Shown here one piece after another: positions 29,966-40,383 of a stretch of DNA of 64,000 bases. Position 1 is the first letter of the stretch, and every line of letters starts with the position of its first letter. The notes under the pieces are model-generated. The model saw only the letters and a list, made by a program, of their open reading frames with translations. It did no database searches and had not been told where the DNA came from. The stretch covers positions 1-64,000 of the forward strand of contig JAHPZE010000020.1 of NCBI GenBank assembly GCA_019058365.1. Direction: 5' to 3'. The position numbers and the translations under genes were made by a program. The DNA is from Promethearchaeota archaeon (GTDB taxonomy: Archaea; Asgardarchaeota; Lokiarchaeia; Sigyniarchaeales; SOKP01).

Positions 29966-30059
29966 TTTTTAAGCTTAAACACAATAATTATATTAATCAA
30001 TATAACAGTTTTGATTTTAGATTCCAAATTAGTTTTAATATAAAGTATGGGTTAAAATA

Positions 30060-31529
30060 ATGTCATTTCGAGAAAATACGGTTAAGATTGTAAGTACTCT
30101 TGGTCCAGCTTCAAGTTCAGAAGAGATGCTTAAAAAATTAATTAAAACTGGAGTTGATATTTTTAGATTAAATTTCTCACACGGAACTCATGAAGAAAAA
30201 AAAGAATTATTCGAAAAAATAAGAGAAATAAGTGAATATACTAAAGATGTAGGAATTTTAGCAGACATTCAAGGACCAAAAATTAGAGTAGGAAAATTCA
30301 AAGAAGATCAAGTTTATAACTTAGGAGTTGGTCAAGAAGTAAAAGTATTTGAAAAAGAAATCGAAGGAGATCAAGAAAAATTTTCAATTCCATTGAAAGG
30401 ATTTCTTAACTCAATGAGTGTGGGTGAAATTTTTTTTGTTAATGATGGAATTATTAAAATTAAAATCATACGGAAAGAAGCTGATCATGTTGTTGGAGAG
30501 GTTTTAGCTGGAGGTTTGATTAGTAATAACAAAGGGGTTAATATCCCAGCTGGAGAATTGTCTCAAAAAGTCCCTACTGAAAAAGATATTAAGGATCTTG
30601 AATTCATAGCGAAGCTTGATCCCGAATATGTTGCGATCTCATTTGTATCGGGAGGAGATGATGTTTTACATGTTAAAAGAATACTTGAAAATTATGGAAA
30701 TTCCAAAATCAAATTAATTTCAAAAATTGAACGACCTATAGCGTTAACCAATTTTGATCAAATCTTAGATTTGAGTGACGGAATCATGGTTGCCAGAGGA
30801 GATTTAGGTGTTGAAATAGATCCGGATAAAGTACCTTTATGGCAAAAGGAAATGATCTATAAATGTAATCGAGAAGGCAAACCTGTTATCGTAGCGACTC
30901 AAATGCTTGAATCAATGGTCTCAAATCCCATACCTACAAGAGCAGAGGCAAATGATGTATATAATGCTGTTATGGATGGAACTGATGCTGTAATGCTTTC
31001 AGCAGAAACAGCGGTAGGAAAATATCCTCTTAATGCTGTTCAATATATGAACCAAATTGCAAAAACAGCGACTGAGAACATGCCTAAAAGAATTCCAGAT
31101 GAATACGATTCTGATAGATTAACTCACACGCAAACTCTAGGACATGCAATATATTCATTAGCCTCAGAAATGGAAGCATTAAATTTTAGAGGTAAAATTT
31201 TAGTGATCACAAGGAGAGGTTATGGAGTAAGAATGATCGCAAAGTATCGACCACCCTTACCCATTATTGCGATAACACCACATAAAAGAACAGCTAGAGA
31301 ATTAAATTTAGTATGGGCTGTCCAAGCAATGCAAATCGATAGTAACGATTTCTTCAATATGGATGCTGAAGAAATCATAGAGCAATCTGTTAAACATGCT
31401 GTTGAAAAAAAATTTTTAGATGAGAATGAACATGTTATAATTTTATTGGTTTCAAGAAAATTTGAACGAAGAGGAAATCTTGTAGGTCTTTATTATGTAG
31501 GGGAAATTCTCGAATCTGAATCTAACTAA
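30060..31529 (+). CDS. pyk: Pyruvate kinase
   Basis: KIVSTLGPAS, RLNFSHG, DIQGPKIR, MVARGDLG, ATQMLESM, PTRAE, VMLSAET. Confidence 0.97.
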   Translation: MSFRENTVKIVSTLGPASSSEEMLKKLIKTGVDIFRLNFSHGTHEEKKELFEKIREISEYTKDVGILADIQGPKIRVGKFKEDQVYNLGVGQEVKVFEKEIEGDQEKFSIPLKGFLNSMSVGEIFFVNDGIIKIKIIRKEADHVVGEVLAGGLISNNKGVNIPAGELSQKVPTEKDIKDLEFIAKLDPEYVAISFVSGGDDVLHVKRILENYGNSKIKLISKIERPIALTNFDQILDLSDGIMVARGDLGVEIDPDKVPLWQKEMIYKCNREGKPVIVATQMLESMVSNPIPTRAEANDVYNAVMDGTDAVMLSAETAVGKYPLNAVQYMNQIAKTATENMPKRIPDEYDSDRLTHTQTLGHAIYSLASEMEALNFRGKILVITRRGYGVRMIAKYRPPLPIIAITPHKRTARELNLVWAVQAMQIDSNDFFNMDAEEIIEQSVKHAVEKKFLDENEHVIILLVSRKFERRGNLVGLYYVGEILESESN

Positions 31530-31694
31530 AAGATTTTTGACAAATTTTTACAAATTTTCAAATATAAATAAACATATAAAATTTTTCCTAAATTCTATCA
31601 ATAAAATTCTAAATCTTAATAAGTTAAAGAATTTTTTTAACAATTAAAAAATTATAATTTTACTTCTTAAAAGTTAAGGATTGAGGAAAAAAAA

Positions 31695-32126
31695 ATGAGT
31701 GAAGAATGGAAACATGCATCTTGGGTATCAACTCTAGGGAAATGGGCTTGGTTAATAGGAATTGTAAGTGGAGTTATCGACATTTTAATAGTTCTTCCTA
31801 GTCTAATGCTCCTAGCATCTTTACCGTATGGTATTGGGATGGCTATAGGATATCCTATTTGGTGGATCATAGCTGGAATATTAGTAATATTAATCTCTTT
31901 TGTTATTATTAGGCCTAAATTCTCAAATAAATGTGCCAATAAAGATTGGGATGGTCTATGTAATTGGGTTATACCACTTGGAAGTATTAAATTCCCATGG
32001 ATGCTTTTTTGGGGAATAGTTGTAGAAGTGTTGGGATATGGATGGGGTGGATTTGCAATTATAATACCTGCATTGGTCTTAATATTTGCTGGTCCAAAAC
32101 CATATGAATGGAAAGCTGTAAAATAA
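31695..32126 (+). CDS. Hypothetical Trp/Gly-rich membrane protein
   Basis: 4 TMs; GAGG RBS; downstream T-tract. Confidence 0.7.
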   Translation: MSEEWKHASWVSTLGKWAWLIGIVSGVIDILIVLPSLMLLASLPYGIGMAIGYPIWWIIAGILVILISFVIIRPKFSNKCANKDWDGLCNWVIPLGSIKFPWMLFWGIVVEVLGYGWGGFAIIIPALVLIFAGPKPYEWKAVK

Positions 32127-32248
32127 TCAATGATCTCTTTTTCTATTTTTTTTTATTATCAATAAATCTTGAGACTTTTTTTATATTTATATAAACCTAT
32201 TTTTTTGATTCATAATACTTCACTAAATATTTTAAATTTGAAATAAAG

Positions 32249-32650
32249 ATGTACAATTCATATAAAATATATGATAAGAAAATTTATACAGGTATGAGAG
32301 TAGGGGGTTCTCACTCTTGGATTTATAATGATGGGAAATGGTTTGAAACTAAAAAAGCCCCTGATAAATGGAATTTTAAATTTGAGAGTCTAAAAACTAG
32401 ATTAACTCCCGCTCCTTTGAACACAGGAGCAAGTATTAATACAAAATTTCATTGGTATATAATAGCAGATCAAATTGCAACTAAAATAGATAGTAATTCA
32501 TACATGACTTCAATGAAAGGAGTGAAATTTAAAATTGGACATAAACGACCTTATTGGAAAAGTTTTAGTTATAATTATCCAAATCAACTTTCATACAAAG
32601 AAAGAATAATACAAATTTTAGAAGCAATTCTGACGAATTTAAAAAGTTGA
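32249..32650 (+). CDS. Conserved hypothetical protein, aromatic- and Lys-rich beta protein
   Basis: YTGMRVGGSHSWxYxDGKWxETK...HWYIIADQxAxK...GxKFKIGHKR pattern, which I recall from uncharacterised bacterial proteins. Confidence 0.7.
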   Translation: MYNSYKIYDKKIYTGMRVGGSHSWIYNDGKWFETKKAPDKWNFKFESLKTRLTPAPLNTGASINTKFHWYIIADQIATKIDSNSYMTSMKGVKFKIGHKRPYWKSFSYNYPNQLSYKERIIQILEAILTNLKS

Positions 32651-32862
32651 AACAATTATTATGTAAAAAATTTATTAAATATTTCGTTTTGAAACAATAG
32701 TAATGACTACAATAAAATTTAATATAATTGAAATTCCAAATTTTGGTTAAATATTCGATATTGTTAATTAATTACTTATTTTAAAAAAATATTCATATTC
32801 CAAATCTTTTGAACGTTTAAAACACTTTCTTACTCTTATTTTTCAATAAAATAAAAATTGAT

Positions 32863-33378
32863 TTAAAATTGTTCATAATGAACAATTTCATCAATAGACT
32901 TTCTTTCTTTAACTTCACCTTTAGGTTTAATTGGATAACCTAGTGGTGTTAATCCCATTACTTTATATTTTTTAGGGATTTTTAATACATTTTTAACCTC
33001 ATTCTCATTAAACCATCCTATCCAACAAGTCGCTAATCCTTCAGTTGCCGCAGCTAAAATTAAATGCTCAAAACAAATTCCAAAGTCTACACCATAATAT
33101 TTTTCACCACTTTTATTTATCCCTGACCCATCTGTGGAAATTATACCAATAATAAATACAGGGGCTTCAATAAACTTTGTTTCTTGTCCAATTGCTTTCC
33201 AAATAGCTTTAATATTATCTGGTTTTTGTACTATAATATAATGGACGCCTTGTAAGTTTGCCCATGTTGGTGCTAGACGCGCAGCTTCTAAAATCCTTTC
33301 GAGTTTTTCTTTTTCAGGCATTTCTGGTTTATATGCTCTATAACTTCTTCTCTTTTTTACTACATCGTAAAAATCCAT
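32863..33378 (-). CDS. Nitroreductase family protein
   Basis: RRSYRAY, ARLAPT, GLATCWIG, LGYP, RK. Confidence 0.92.
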   Translation of the reverse strand: MDFYDVVKKRRSYRAYKPEMPEKEKLERILEAARLAPTWANLQGVHYIIVQKPDNIKAIWKAIGQETKFIEAPVFIIGIISTDGSGINKSGEKYYGVDFGICFEHLILAAATEGLATCWIGWFNENEVKNVLKIPKKYKVMGLTPLGYPIKPKGEVKERKSIDEIVHYEQF

Positions 33379-33490
33379 ATTGTTACTCTCTAAATTATGT
33401 ATTATTTCATAATTTTAATGATAGTAAAATTTTTAATTTTTTCATTATAAAATAAAATTTAATTAAAAATTAGTGATTTCAAAGTTATAA

Positions 33491-34300
33491 TTAATCATCT
33501 ATCATTCTTTTATGTCCATTTGGGCATTCCCCATAAGTACAATCATAAAAACCATCATCAAATTCTTCTCTAGCATTATAATGTTCCCAACAATAGATTC
33601 TATCACATTCGGGACAGTAAGCATCTAATCCTTCAAATGAATGATGCTTTTTCATAAAATTATGGACCTCTAGTAAGTCCTTTTTTTGTAAAATTCTAAA
33701 TAAAGTATTTGCGAGATTAATATTCATTGATCTTTCATGTGTAATTCCTCTATAAACTAACGCTTCACTTTTATCAAATCTTCCATACCCAATTTTAAAT
33801 TCAACTGCATTCTTACTGCACACTGAACATGGTAAATGATACTCTAAGTCAGAGACTTTAATAACTCTTTCGGTAGGTTTCAAAATTTTTTTTTCATTTA
33901 ATAGATTCTGAAAGACAAACCAAAACGCATCCCAACACTCCTTAAAAGCTTCTTCAGCTTTTTTAATAAGTTTAGATGATTTAACATTTTGGAAAATTTT
34001 AAGTTCACTAACGATTTTGGATAAAATATTTCTCGCAACATATAAGAAACCCTTTGAATTATCAATATTCTTAAATTCTATTTTTGTGGTTGGTCTTAAC
34101 ATTTCCCACGCAGAAATAGTATTATAATAAAATTCTTTGACATCTGAAATCCACAAATTTCTATTTAAATCATCTAATTCTTTAAGATTATTTAAATAAT
34201 CAATGATTTCATCTTTGCCATCCTCGAGTTTTTGAATATAATTTCGAATATCCCAAATTTTTTCTTCTAATTTATCATTTTCACCATACATTTCATACAT
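33491..34300 (-). CDS. Hypothetical protein, helical N-domain plus Cys/His-rich C-domain
   Basis: CSVC, CPECDRIYCWEH, CPNGH. Confidence 0.7.
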   Translation of the reverse strand: MYEMYGENDKLEEKIWDIRNYIQKLEDGKDEIIDYLNNLKELDDLNRNLWISDVKEFYYNTISAWEMLRPTTKIEFKNIDNSKGFLYVARNILSKIVSELKIFQNVKSSKLIKKAEEAFKECWDAFWFVFQNLLNEKKILKPTERVIKVSDLEYHLPCSVCSKNAVEFKIGYGRFDKSEALVYRGITHERSMNINLANTLFRILQKKDLLEVHNFMKKHHSFEGLDAYCPECDRIYCWEHYNAREEFDDGFYDCTYGECPNGHKRMIDD

Positions 34301-34567
34301 ATAATTATGATTGCTTATTAATTTTTCAATATCAAATTAAAAAAAAAGAAATTAAGATTTCATAATTATACCTTAAACTGAAAATCTTCAGGTTAATTTA
34401 TAGTCTTTATTTTATAAATTAAGAGTAAGAGAATCTTATCTAATCTTTTTATTATTACAAATTCTTTAATAATTTACAAATATAATAGATAAATATTTTG
34501 TAGGGATTAAAATTATTAGATATTTCTTATTTATTTAAAAACTATTAAAAAAAGGTTTAATTATCAA

Positions 34568-35341
34568 ATGTTAAAAAAAGAATTACTACAGATTCTTAAT
34601 CTTATTGGATTCATTGCTACAGTGATTGTTAATTTTTTAGCAATTGCTTTACCAATTGGACTTGGTACTACTCAAGAGTTATCTGATGCGATACCAAACT
34701 TGTTCGTTCCAGCGGGAATTACTTTTTCAATTTGGAGTGTCATCTATATCTTTTTAGGACTATTCTCTATTTATCAAATGAGAGATATATTTAAAAATAA
34801 CAAGATTGAAATGAAATACTTAGATAGTATCGGATATTTCTTTATTATTGGGAGTTTAGCTAACGTATTATGGATAATTGTATGGCATTATAAATTGGTT
34901 CCTTTATCTCTAGTTTTTATGATAATTCTATTGATCTCTTTATTATTTATCTATACTAAACTAAATATCGGTAAATCAAATGCCTCTAAAATGGAAAAAG
35001 TTGCTGTACATATACCATTCAGTATATATCTAGGTTGGATAACAGTTGCAACAATAGCAAATGTAACTGCAGTTTTAGTCGTTCTTGGAGTGAGTAGTTT
35101 TGGATTATTAGCAGAAATCTTAACAATTATAGTAATAATTGTGGCTGTGTTCATAACTATTTCTATGCTTTTATTACGGAACGATTTCAATTACAGTTTT
35201 GTAATTGTCTGGGCGTTATTAGGGATTTTCATTAAGCAAATAACTAGTAACTTAACAATAGCAATAACTGCGTTGATCTCAGGTGTTTTAATCCTTGTGG
35301 GAATTGTATATATAATTATTCGAGAGAAAAAATTGCCTTAA
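34568..35341 (+). CDS. TspO-like (tryptophan-rich sensory) membrane protein
   Basis: FVPAGITFSIWSVIY, NVLWIIVW, PFSIYLGWITVATIAN. Confidence 0.8.
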   Translation: MLKKELLQILNLIGFIATVIVNFLAIALPIGLGTTQELSDAIPNLFVPAGITFSIWSVIYIFLGLFSIYQMRDIFKNNKIEMKYLDSIGYFFIIGSLANVLWIIVWHYKLVPLSLVFMIILLISLLFIYTKLNIGKSNASKMEKVAVHIPFSIYLGWITVATIANVTAVLVVLGVSSFGLLAEILTIIVIIVAVFITISMLLLRNDFNYSFVIVWALLGIFIKQITSNLTIAITALISGVLILVGIVYIIIREKKLP

Positions 35342-35501
35342 AACATATTTTTTTTCTATATTTTTTTTAAAGATAATCAGAAATTCGGATTGTTATTATC
35401 TCTTTAAATTCATAATTTTCATTAAATACTTTTTAGATCCCTTTTTAAAAAAACCACGATTCTTAGTTAATTATATGATAAATAGTGTAAATTATATCGT
35501 C

Positions 35502-36054
35502 CTATAAAATTACTATTTTTCCTTTTTTTTTTCAATTCGCTGACCATATTTAAAATTTTTGAATCGTTCTGAAGAGGATTTGTACTTAAATTAATTTTTT
35601 TTAGAGATGAAAGATTTTTCAAAAATTCTGGAAGAATTTTAATTTCATTTTCACTTAAATCTAAATCTTCGAGACGACGTAAATTTTCTAATCGTTCAAT
35701 TATTTTAATTTTATTTTTACTTAAATCTAATCTTATTAAATTAGAGAGTTTATCTAAACTTGTAATTTTTGAAATTTCATTACCTTTTAATTCTAATTCT
35801 TCTAATTTACTAAGAGAATCGAGACCTTAAATTTCAGAAATAAAATTTGCTTCTAAATGAAGTTTCCTTAAATTATTGAGATGATTTAATCTTTCAATTT
35901 TATGTATCTTATTTTTTTCTAAATAGAGACCTTGTAAGTCTGAATTTTTATTAAGCCTTTTTATATCACTTATCTTATTTAATTTGAAGCTTTCTAAATA
36001 TAGAGTTTTTTGATCAATGGCAACTTTTTTGCCATTAACCTTCACATAATTCAT
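35502..36054 (-). pseudogene. Leucine-rich-repeat (SDS22-like, 22-aa repeats) protein interrupted by an in-frame stop
   Basis: LxxLxLxxNxIxxIxxL repeats continue in frame past TAA 35827-35829 (ISEI*GLDSLSKLEELELKGNEISKI...LDLSENEI); possible slip in an A10 run near the end. Confidence 0.85.
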
Positions 36055-36294
36055 ATTATAATGATATCAAACCTTATTTTTTAATATCACCTCTAAAAAT
36101 TATAAAAGAAAAATTTCTTCGGGTTAAGTTATAAAATTTTTAAACAACGGATAGTGTTTAAGACCAGTTTTTTGATTATAAAAATATCTAAAGATTAATA
36201 ACGGTCTATAATGTTGCTATACCTTTTTTATTCAAATATGATTAATGGAAATTAATTTAAAGGAATAAAGCGATAACTATTTAGAGGTTTTATC

Positions 36295-37464
36295 ATGTAT
36301 GATGTAGTAATATCAGGAGCAGGGCCTTCAGGATCGCAATGTGCAGAAGTATTAGCTAAAGCCGGATATAAAGTTGCATTAGTTGAAAAAGATGCAAATT
36401 GGCGTAAGCCATGTGGAGGAGCAATCCATTCCAGTGTATTGAATCTTTATCCACAGTTGAAAAAATTAGATTATCCAAAAATAGTAGGTGTTGTCATGCA
36501 TTCAGCAGATTATCATAAATTGGAATTTAAAGGCGTTGGTGAAGAATATTCAATAATTATGGATAGATTGGAGCTCGATAATATAATGAAGGACGCGGCA
36601 GTTGATGCAGGAGCAGATTTTTATGATAAAAATTTATCTTTTGATTTTATATCTAAAAATCAGAAAAAAATTGGTATAAAAACAAAAACCCCTATTGGTA
36701 TTAAAGAATATCATGGAAACTTGATTATAATTGCTGATGGAATGAGTTCTAAATTGGCTATAAAATCGGGAATCCGATCAAAATGGAAAATAAACGAATT
36801 AGCAATTGGAAAATGTGCAATTATGAGAGGGGATAATCAATTAGATAACGAATTTGTATATGTATATTTTAAATCATATCAGGGATATGGATGGATTTTT
36901 CCATTAGGAAATAAAAAATTTAATATAGGGGTGTTCACATTTGGGATTGATAATACTAAATATAACATACATAACGTTTATCAAGAGTTTCTTGATAATC
37001 CAAACATTAAGAAATATATTCCAGACTTAAATTACAAGATAATGTGGTCAAGTGCTTATTCCTTTCCTGCAGAGGGAGTATTAGAAAAAAGTTTATATAG
37101 TGATAATTTAATGCTCGTTGGAGATGCAGGGGGTTTTGTTTCTCCTATAAGTGGTGAAGGAATTCAGACTGCTATTATCTCTGGTAAAGTTGCTGCAGAA
37201 ACAGCTATTAAAGCTTTACAAGAGGAAGATTATTCAATAACTTCTTTAAAAAAGTATAAAACTCATCTTGAAATCAAGAATATCATAAGGAATTTCAAAT
37301 TAAAACGTTCAATGATTAAATTCTTTTTCGAAAATAATGGTAAAAAATTTAATAAAATGCTTGAAGTATCAGAAAATGATTTAGACTTTAGGAAACAATT
37401 AGTTAACATGTTTAGTTTTGGAGAAATACCTTCAAGGGATTTTCTAACAAAAATCAGTGACTAA
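36295..37464 (+). CDS. Geranylgeranyl reductase family flavoprotein
   Basis: GAGPSG, KPCGG, GYGWIFP, GDAGGFVSPISGEGI. Confidence 0.9.
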   Translation: MYDVVISGAGPSGSQCAEVLAKAGYKVALVEKDANWRKPCGGAIHSSVLNLYPQLKKLDYPKIVGVVMHSADYHKLEFKGVGEEYSIIMDRLELDNIMKDAAVDAGADFYDKNLSFDFISKNQKKIGIKTKTPIGIKEYHGNLIIIADGMSSKLAIKSGIRSKWKINELAIGKCAIMRGDNQLDNEFVYVYFKSYQGYGWIFPLGNKKFNIGVFTFGIDNTKYNIHNVYQEFLDNPNIKKYIPDLNYKIMWSSAYSFPAEGVLEKSLYSDNLMLVGDAGGFVSPISGEGIQTAIISGKVAAETAIKALQEEDYSITSLKKYKTHLEIKNIIRNFKLKRSMIKFFFENNGKKFNKMLEVSENDLDFRKQLVNMFSFGEIPSRDFLTKISD

Positions 37465-37511
37465 ATAAAAGTATAAAGGAAAATTTAAAAAAATTTTTAA
37501 ATAAGTCTAAA

Positions 37512-37949
37512 ATGAAATCTGAGAAGTTAATTGTAAGAATAATTCAGAAAAAAAAAGAAGTTTATTATCCATTATTTACACTTTCAATAAGTTATTTTTT
37601 AAGCTGGCTTATTATCATATTTGTTAGTTTCATAAATAGTCAAGTAACTTTGCCTTTTTTCTTTTTGAGTATTTCGATTTTACTTTTTATATATTCTCTT
37701 GATATAAATCATTTTTCTAAAAAAAGTGAATATTCTGTTTCAAAAAAACTAATATTTTTCTTACCTTTTACTTCAATAATTATTAATTTCCTTGTTGGGT
37801 TAAGATTAGCATTGTTAATATTTATCAATCTTTATTATCTAATACCTATTTGTATCTATTTTCTTATTTCAGTTTTAATTTTTTTTATATTACGCAAAGA
37901 AGTAATAAAATATTATTTGAAAAAAAATAAAAAGATTATAAATAACTAA
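37512..37949 (+). CDS. Hypothetical 4-TM membrane protein
   Basis: Hydrophobic ORF between the GGR and GT87-like genes. Confidence 0.6.
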   Translation: MKSEKLIVRIIQKKKEVYYPLFTLSISYFLSWLIIIFVSFINSQVTLPFFFLSISILLFIYSLDINHFSKKSEYSVSKKLIFFLPFTSIIINFLVGLRLALLIFINLYYLIPICIYFLISVLIFFILRKEVIKYYLKKNKKIINN

Positions 37950-37988
37950 AAAACCACTATTTAAGAACAATAGATTTGAATATTAACC

Positions 37989-38939
37989 ATGAAATCAAAT
38001 GAATTGCTTTTAAGTAAAGAAAAAAGAGAGTCATACATTTTAATCTATATCCTTATCATCATCTTCATCACTGCAGTCCTAGTTGCTCTTAGAATTATCT
38101 TTTCATTTTTGCAAGAAGAATCTCCTGGATTGTTTATTTTTGATTTGTTAATGAGAAATAGAGATCTAAATTTTAAAACCAATTACGATTTAATGTATAA
38201 CGGGATCATTCATTATTATGAAAATGCTCCTTTAATTAATGAAAGAGCAATATATCTCTATTTTTGGTATTTTATTTTTTACCCCTTTTACATTATCCCT
38301 CAAGAAATTTCGCTCTATCTTTGGGATCTGTTAAGAATCATTGCTACGATTTATATCGCTATTAATATCAGCAAGATAATCAAAAACAAAAGAGACCTAC
38401 TCTTTTTCTTTCTCTTTTCTTGTATTGGATATTTTGCTGACATGTATTTAAATAATACGAATTGGATAATTCAACTATTCTTATATGAATCATATATTCA
38501 ATTAGAGAAGAATAATAAGCTTTTATCAGGAATTTTTTTTACTATTTGTACGTTTAAAATAACCCTGATTATAATTCCGTTTATTTTTATTCTTATAAAG
38601 AAAATTAAAGGAAGAGATTTGATTTTTTATTTTTTACCTTTTTTAGTAATCTGTATACCTTATATAATTTTTCCAGAGTATTTTGCAATGATGGTTTCTA
38701 ATTGGTTTCAAAGTATAGAAACAACATCTGGATTCTCAATTGTAAATATATTTTTAATATTTTGGCGTGTAATTCAACCTGCGCAATTAATGTTTTTGAG
38801 TGTTATAATAGTAATTATTCTTGTAAATATCAAAAAGGAAAATGAAAAAACAAGAATTGGTTCTGTGATCTACGTATTTGTATCTTTTTTATGGGTGTTA
38901 ATTTGGTTAATTTTTTTAGGATTAGCTCTATTAATTTGA
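37989..38939 (+). CDS. GT-C fold, GT87/DUF2029-like polyprenyl-phosphate-sugar glycosyltransferase
   Basis: TM1, then loop RDLNF..Y, YLYFWYFIFYPF..P......W, LNNTN, SG......FK: spacing typical of GT87-like proteins. Confidence 0.65.
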   Translation: MKSNELLLSKEKRESYILIYILIIIFITAVLVALRIIFSFLQEESPGLFIFDLLMRNRDLNFKTNYDLMYNGIIHYYENAPLINERAIYLYFWYFIFYPFYIIPQEISLYLWDLLRIIATIYIAINISKIIKNKRDLLFFFLFSCIGYFADMYLNNTNWIIQLFLYESYIQLEKNNKLLSGIFFTICTFKITLIIIPFIFILIKKIKGRDLIFYFLPFLVICIPYIIFPEYFAMMVSNWFQSIETTSGFSIVNIFLIFWRVIQPAQLMFLSVIIVIILVNIKKENEKTRIGSVIYVFVSFLWVLIWLIFLGLALLI

Positions 38940-38941
38940 TT

Positions 38942-39355
38942 TTATAAGATTTTTTCATGATTTTGAATGATAATCAACGTAAACGAAATATAAATAAATA
39001 TCATACATGAGAAACTATATACTGGAGCAAAACAAGCAAAACCATAAAACCTAATTAAAAAAATTATATTAAAACCAATTCCAAAAAGCAAGGCTGTTAT
39101 TATTGGGACTTTCAATTTTCTATCAATTATTTTACTCCTTAAAGTAATTATTCCAGATATGAACATTATAAACGTTCTTATAGGCTCAAACAACGCTAAA
39201 AATAAATATAAAACCATTAAAACTATTTGATTTAGAGATAGTAATTGTTTTATCCATGAGATTAGAATAAGACTAATTATAAATGATATTATTGTTATTA
39301 AGACATTTAAAATAACTAATCCTACTAATAATTTATATCTCTTTCTAGTATTCAT
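38942..39355 (-). CDS. Hypothetical 4-TM membrane protein
   Basis: Hydrophobic ORF, AGGT RBS-like upstream. Confidence 0.6.
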   Translation of the reverse strand: MNTRKRYKLLVGLVILNVLITIISFIISLILISWIKQLLSLNQIVLMVLYLFLALFEPIRTFIMFISGIITLRSKIIDRKLKVPIITALLFGIGFNIIFLIRFYGFACFAPVYSFSCMIFIYISFTLIIIQNHEKIL

Positions 39356-39384
39356 TAACCTGTTTTGCTTTAATCTAATTATAA

Positions 39385-39402
39385 TAGATATCCAGATATC
39401 TA
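39385..39402. promoter_or_regulatory. Inverted repeat TAGATATC-N2-GATATCTA in a divergent promoter region
   Basis: Perfect 8-bp arms read directly from the sequence. Confidence 0.45.
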
Positions 39403-39559
39403 AAACCTATATCTTTAAACTTAGAATAAATATTAATAAAATTTGGATTCAACATAAATATTTTTATATTTAATTAAATTAATAAAGATTGGTTTATCCT
39501 TAAATGAAAATAGAATTGAAATCCTTAATATTTGAAAAAAATAGTTGATGTGATTATTT

Positions 39560-40312
39560 ATGTCTGAAGATGAAGTAATTTGCAATAATTGCAGAAAGCT
39601 GACTAAAAAAAGTCATAAATACTGTATGCATTGTGGTAATTTACTAACACCATACTCACCATTCTCATCGCAAGAAACTCAAGAAAATTTGAGAGATCCT
39701 TTCGAGACCCAATCTATACCCTCAGATAAAATAGGTAAATTTCGCTTAAGAGACCTTAGTCCTGCCTATAAAGTATTAGCATTTTTTATTATCGTTGCCT
39801 TAGTTGATTTTGTAGCATCATTTATATTCATGTTTGGCTACCATTTACCATTAAATACTTATTTTATGTTGTTTGTAGGATTTTATATTTTATTTATGAT
39901 AATTGTTGGGTTAATATGGGCTGTAGCTGCAGGGTCAGATTTTACGAATGCAGCTTTGAAGGGTTGTGCCGCTCTTTTTGGTATTATCCTCCTCCTAGCA
40001 ATTATTATTATACCGATCTACGTTATATATGCTTTACCAGGTATTGTTGGTTCATTTTCTTTTTCTTCACCTGCACTTGAAGAATTAGGGCAAAAAATAA
40101 CAGATGCCATTAGCAATGCGTTAAATAATTTTATTGGATCAATATTTCGAGAAATTAGCAATAATATTAAAACTTCTTGGGAAAATGCATTTGCAGATGT
40201 CGAAGTTCCTGGTTTCGAGCCATTCTTATTTCTTGGTTTATTTATTTCACTTTCTATATTTATTATATATAAGTACCATTTAGCTATAAAAAAAAATAGG
40301 ATTAATAAATAA
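39560..40312 (+). CDS. Zinc-ribbon multi-pass membrane protein with a C-terminal PGF-type sorting signal (PGF-CTERM/Loki-CTERM-like)
   Basis: CNNC...CMHCG N-terminus, three TMs, then VPGF + TM helix + basic tail (KKNRINK). Confidence 0.7.
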   Translation: MSEDEVICNNCRKLTKKSHKYCMHCGNLLTPYSPFSSQETQENLRDPFETQSIPSDKIGKFRLRDLSPAYKVLAFFIIVALVDFVASFIFMFGYHLPLNTYFMLFVGFYILFMIIVGLIWAVAAGSDFTNAALKGCAALFGIILLLAIIIIPIYVIYALPGIVGSFSFSSPALEELGQKITDAISNALNNFIGSIFREISNNIKTSWENAFADVEVPGFEPFLFLGLFISLSIFIIYKYHLAIKKNRINK

Positions 40313-40383
40313 GATTATTTTTATTTCCTTTTTTTTAAATGACAGTAATTTAAACTGAATTTCAATATGCTATATGACGAAAA

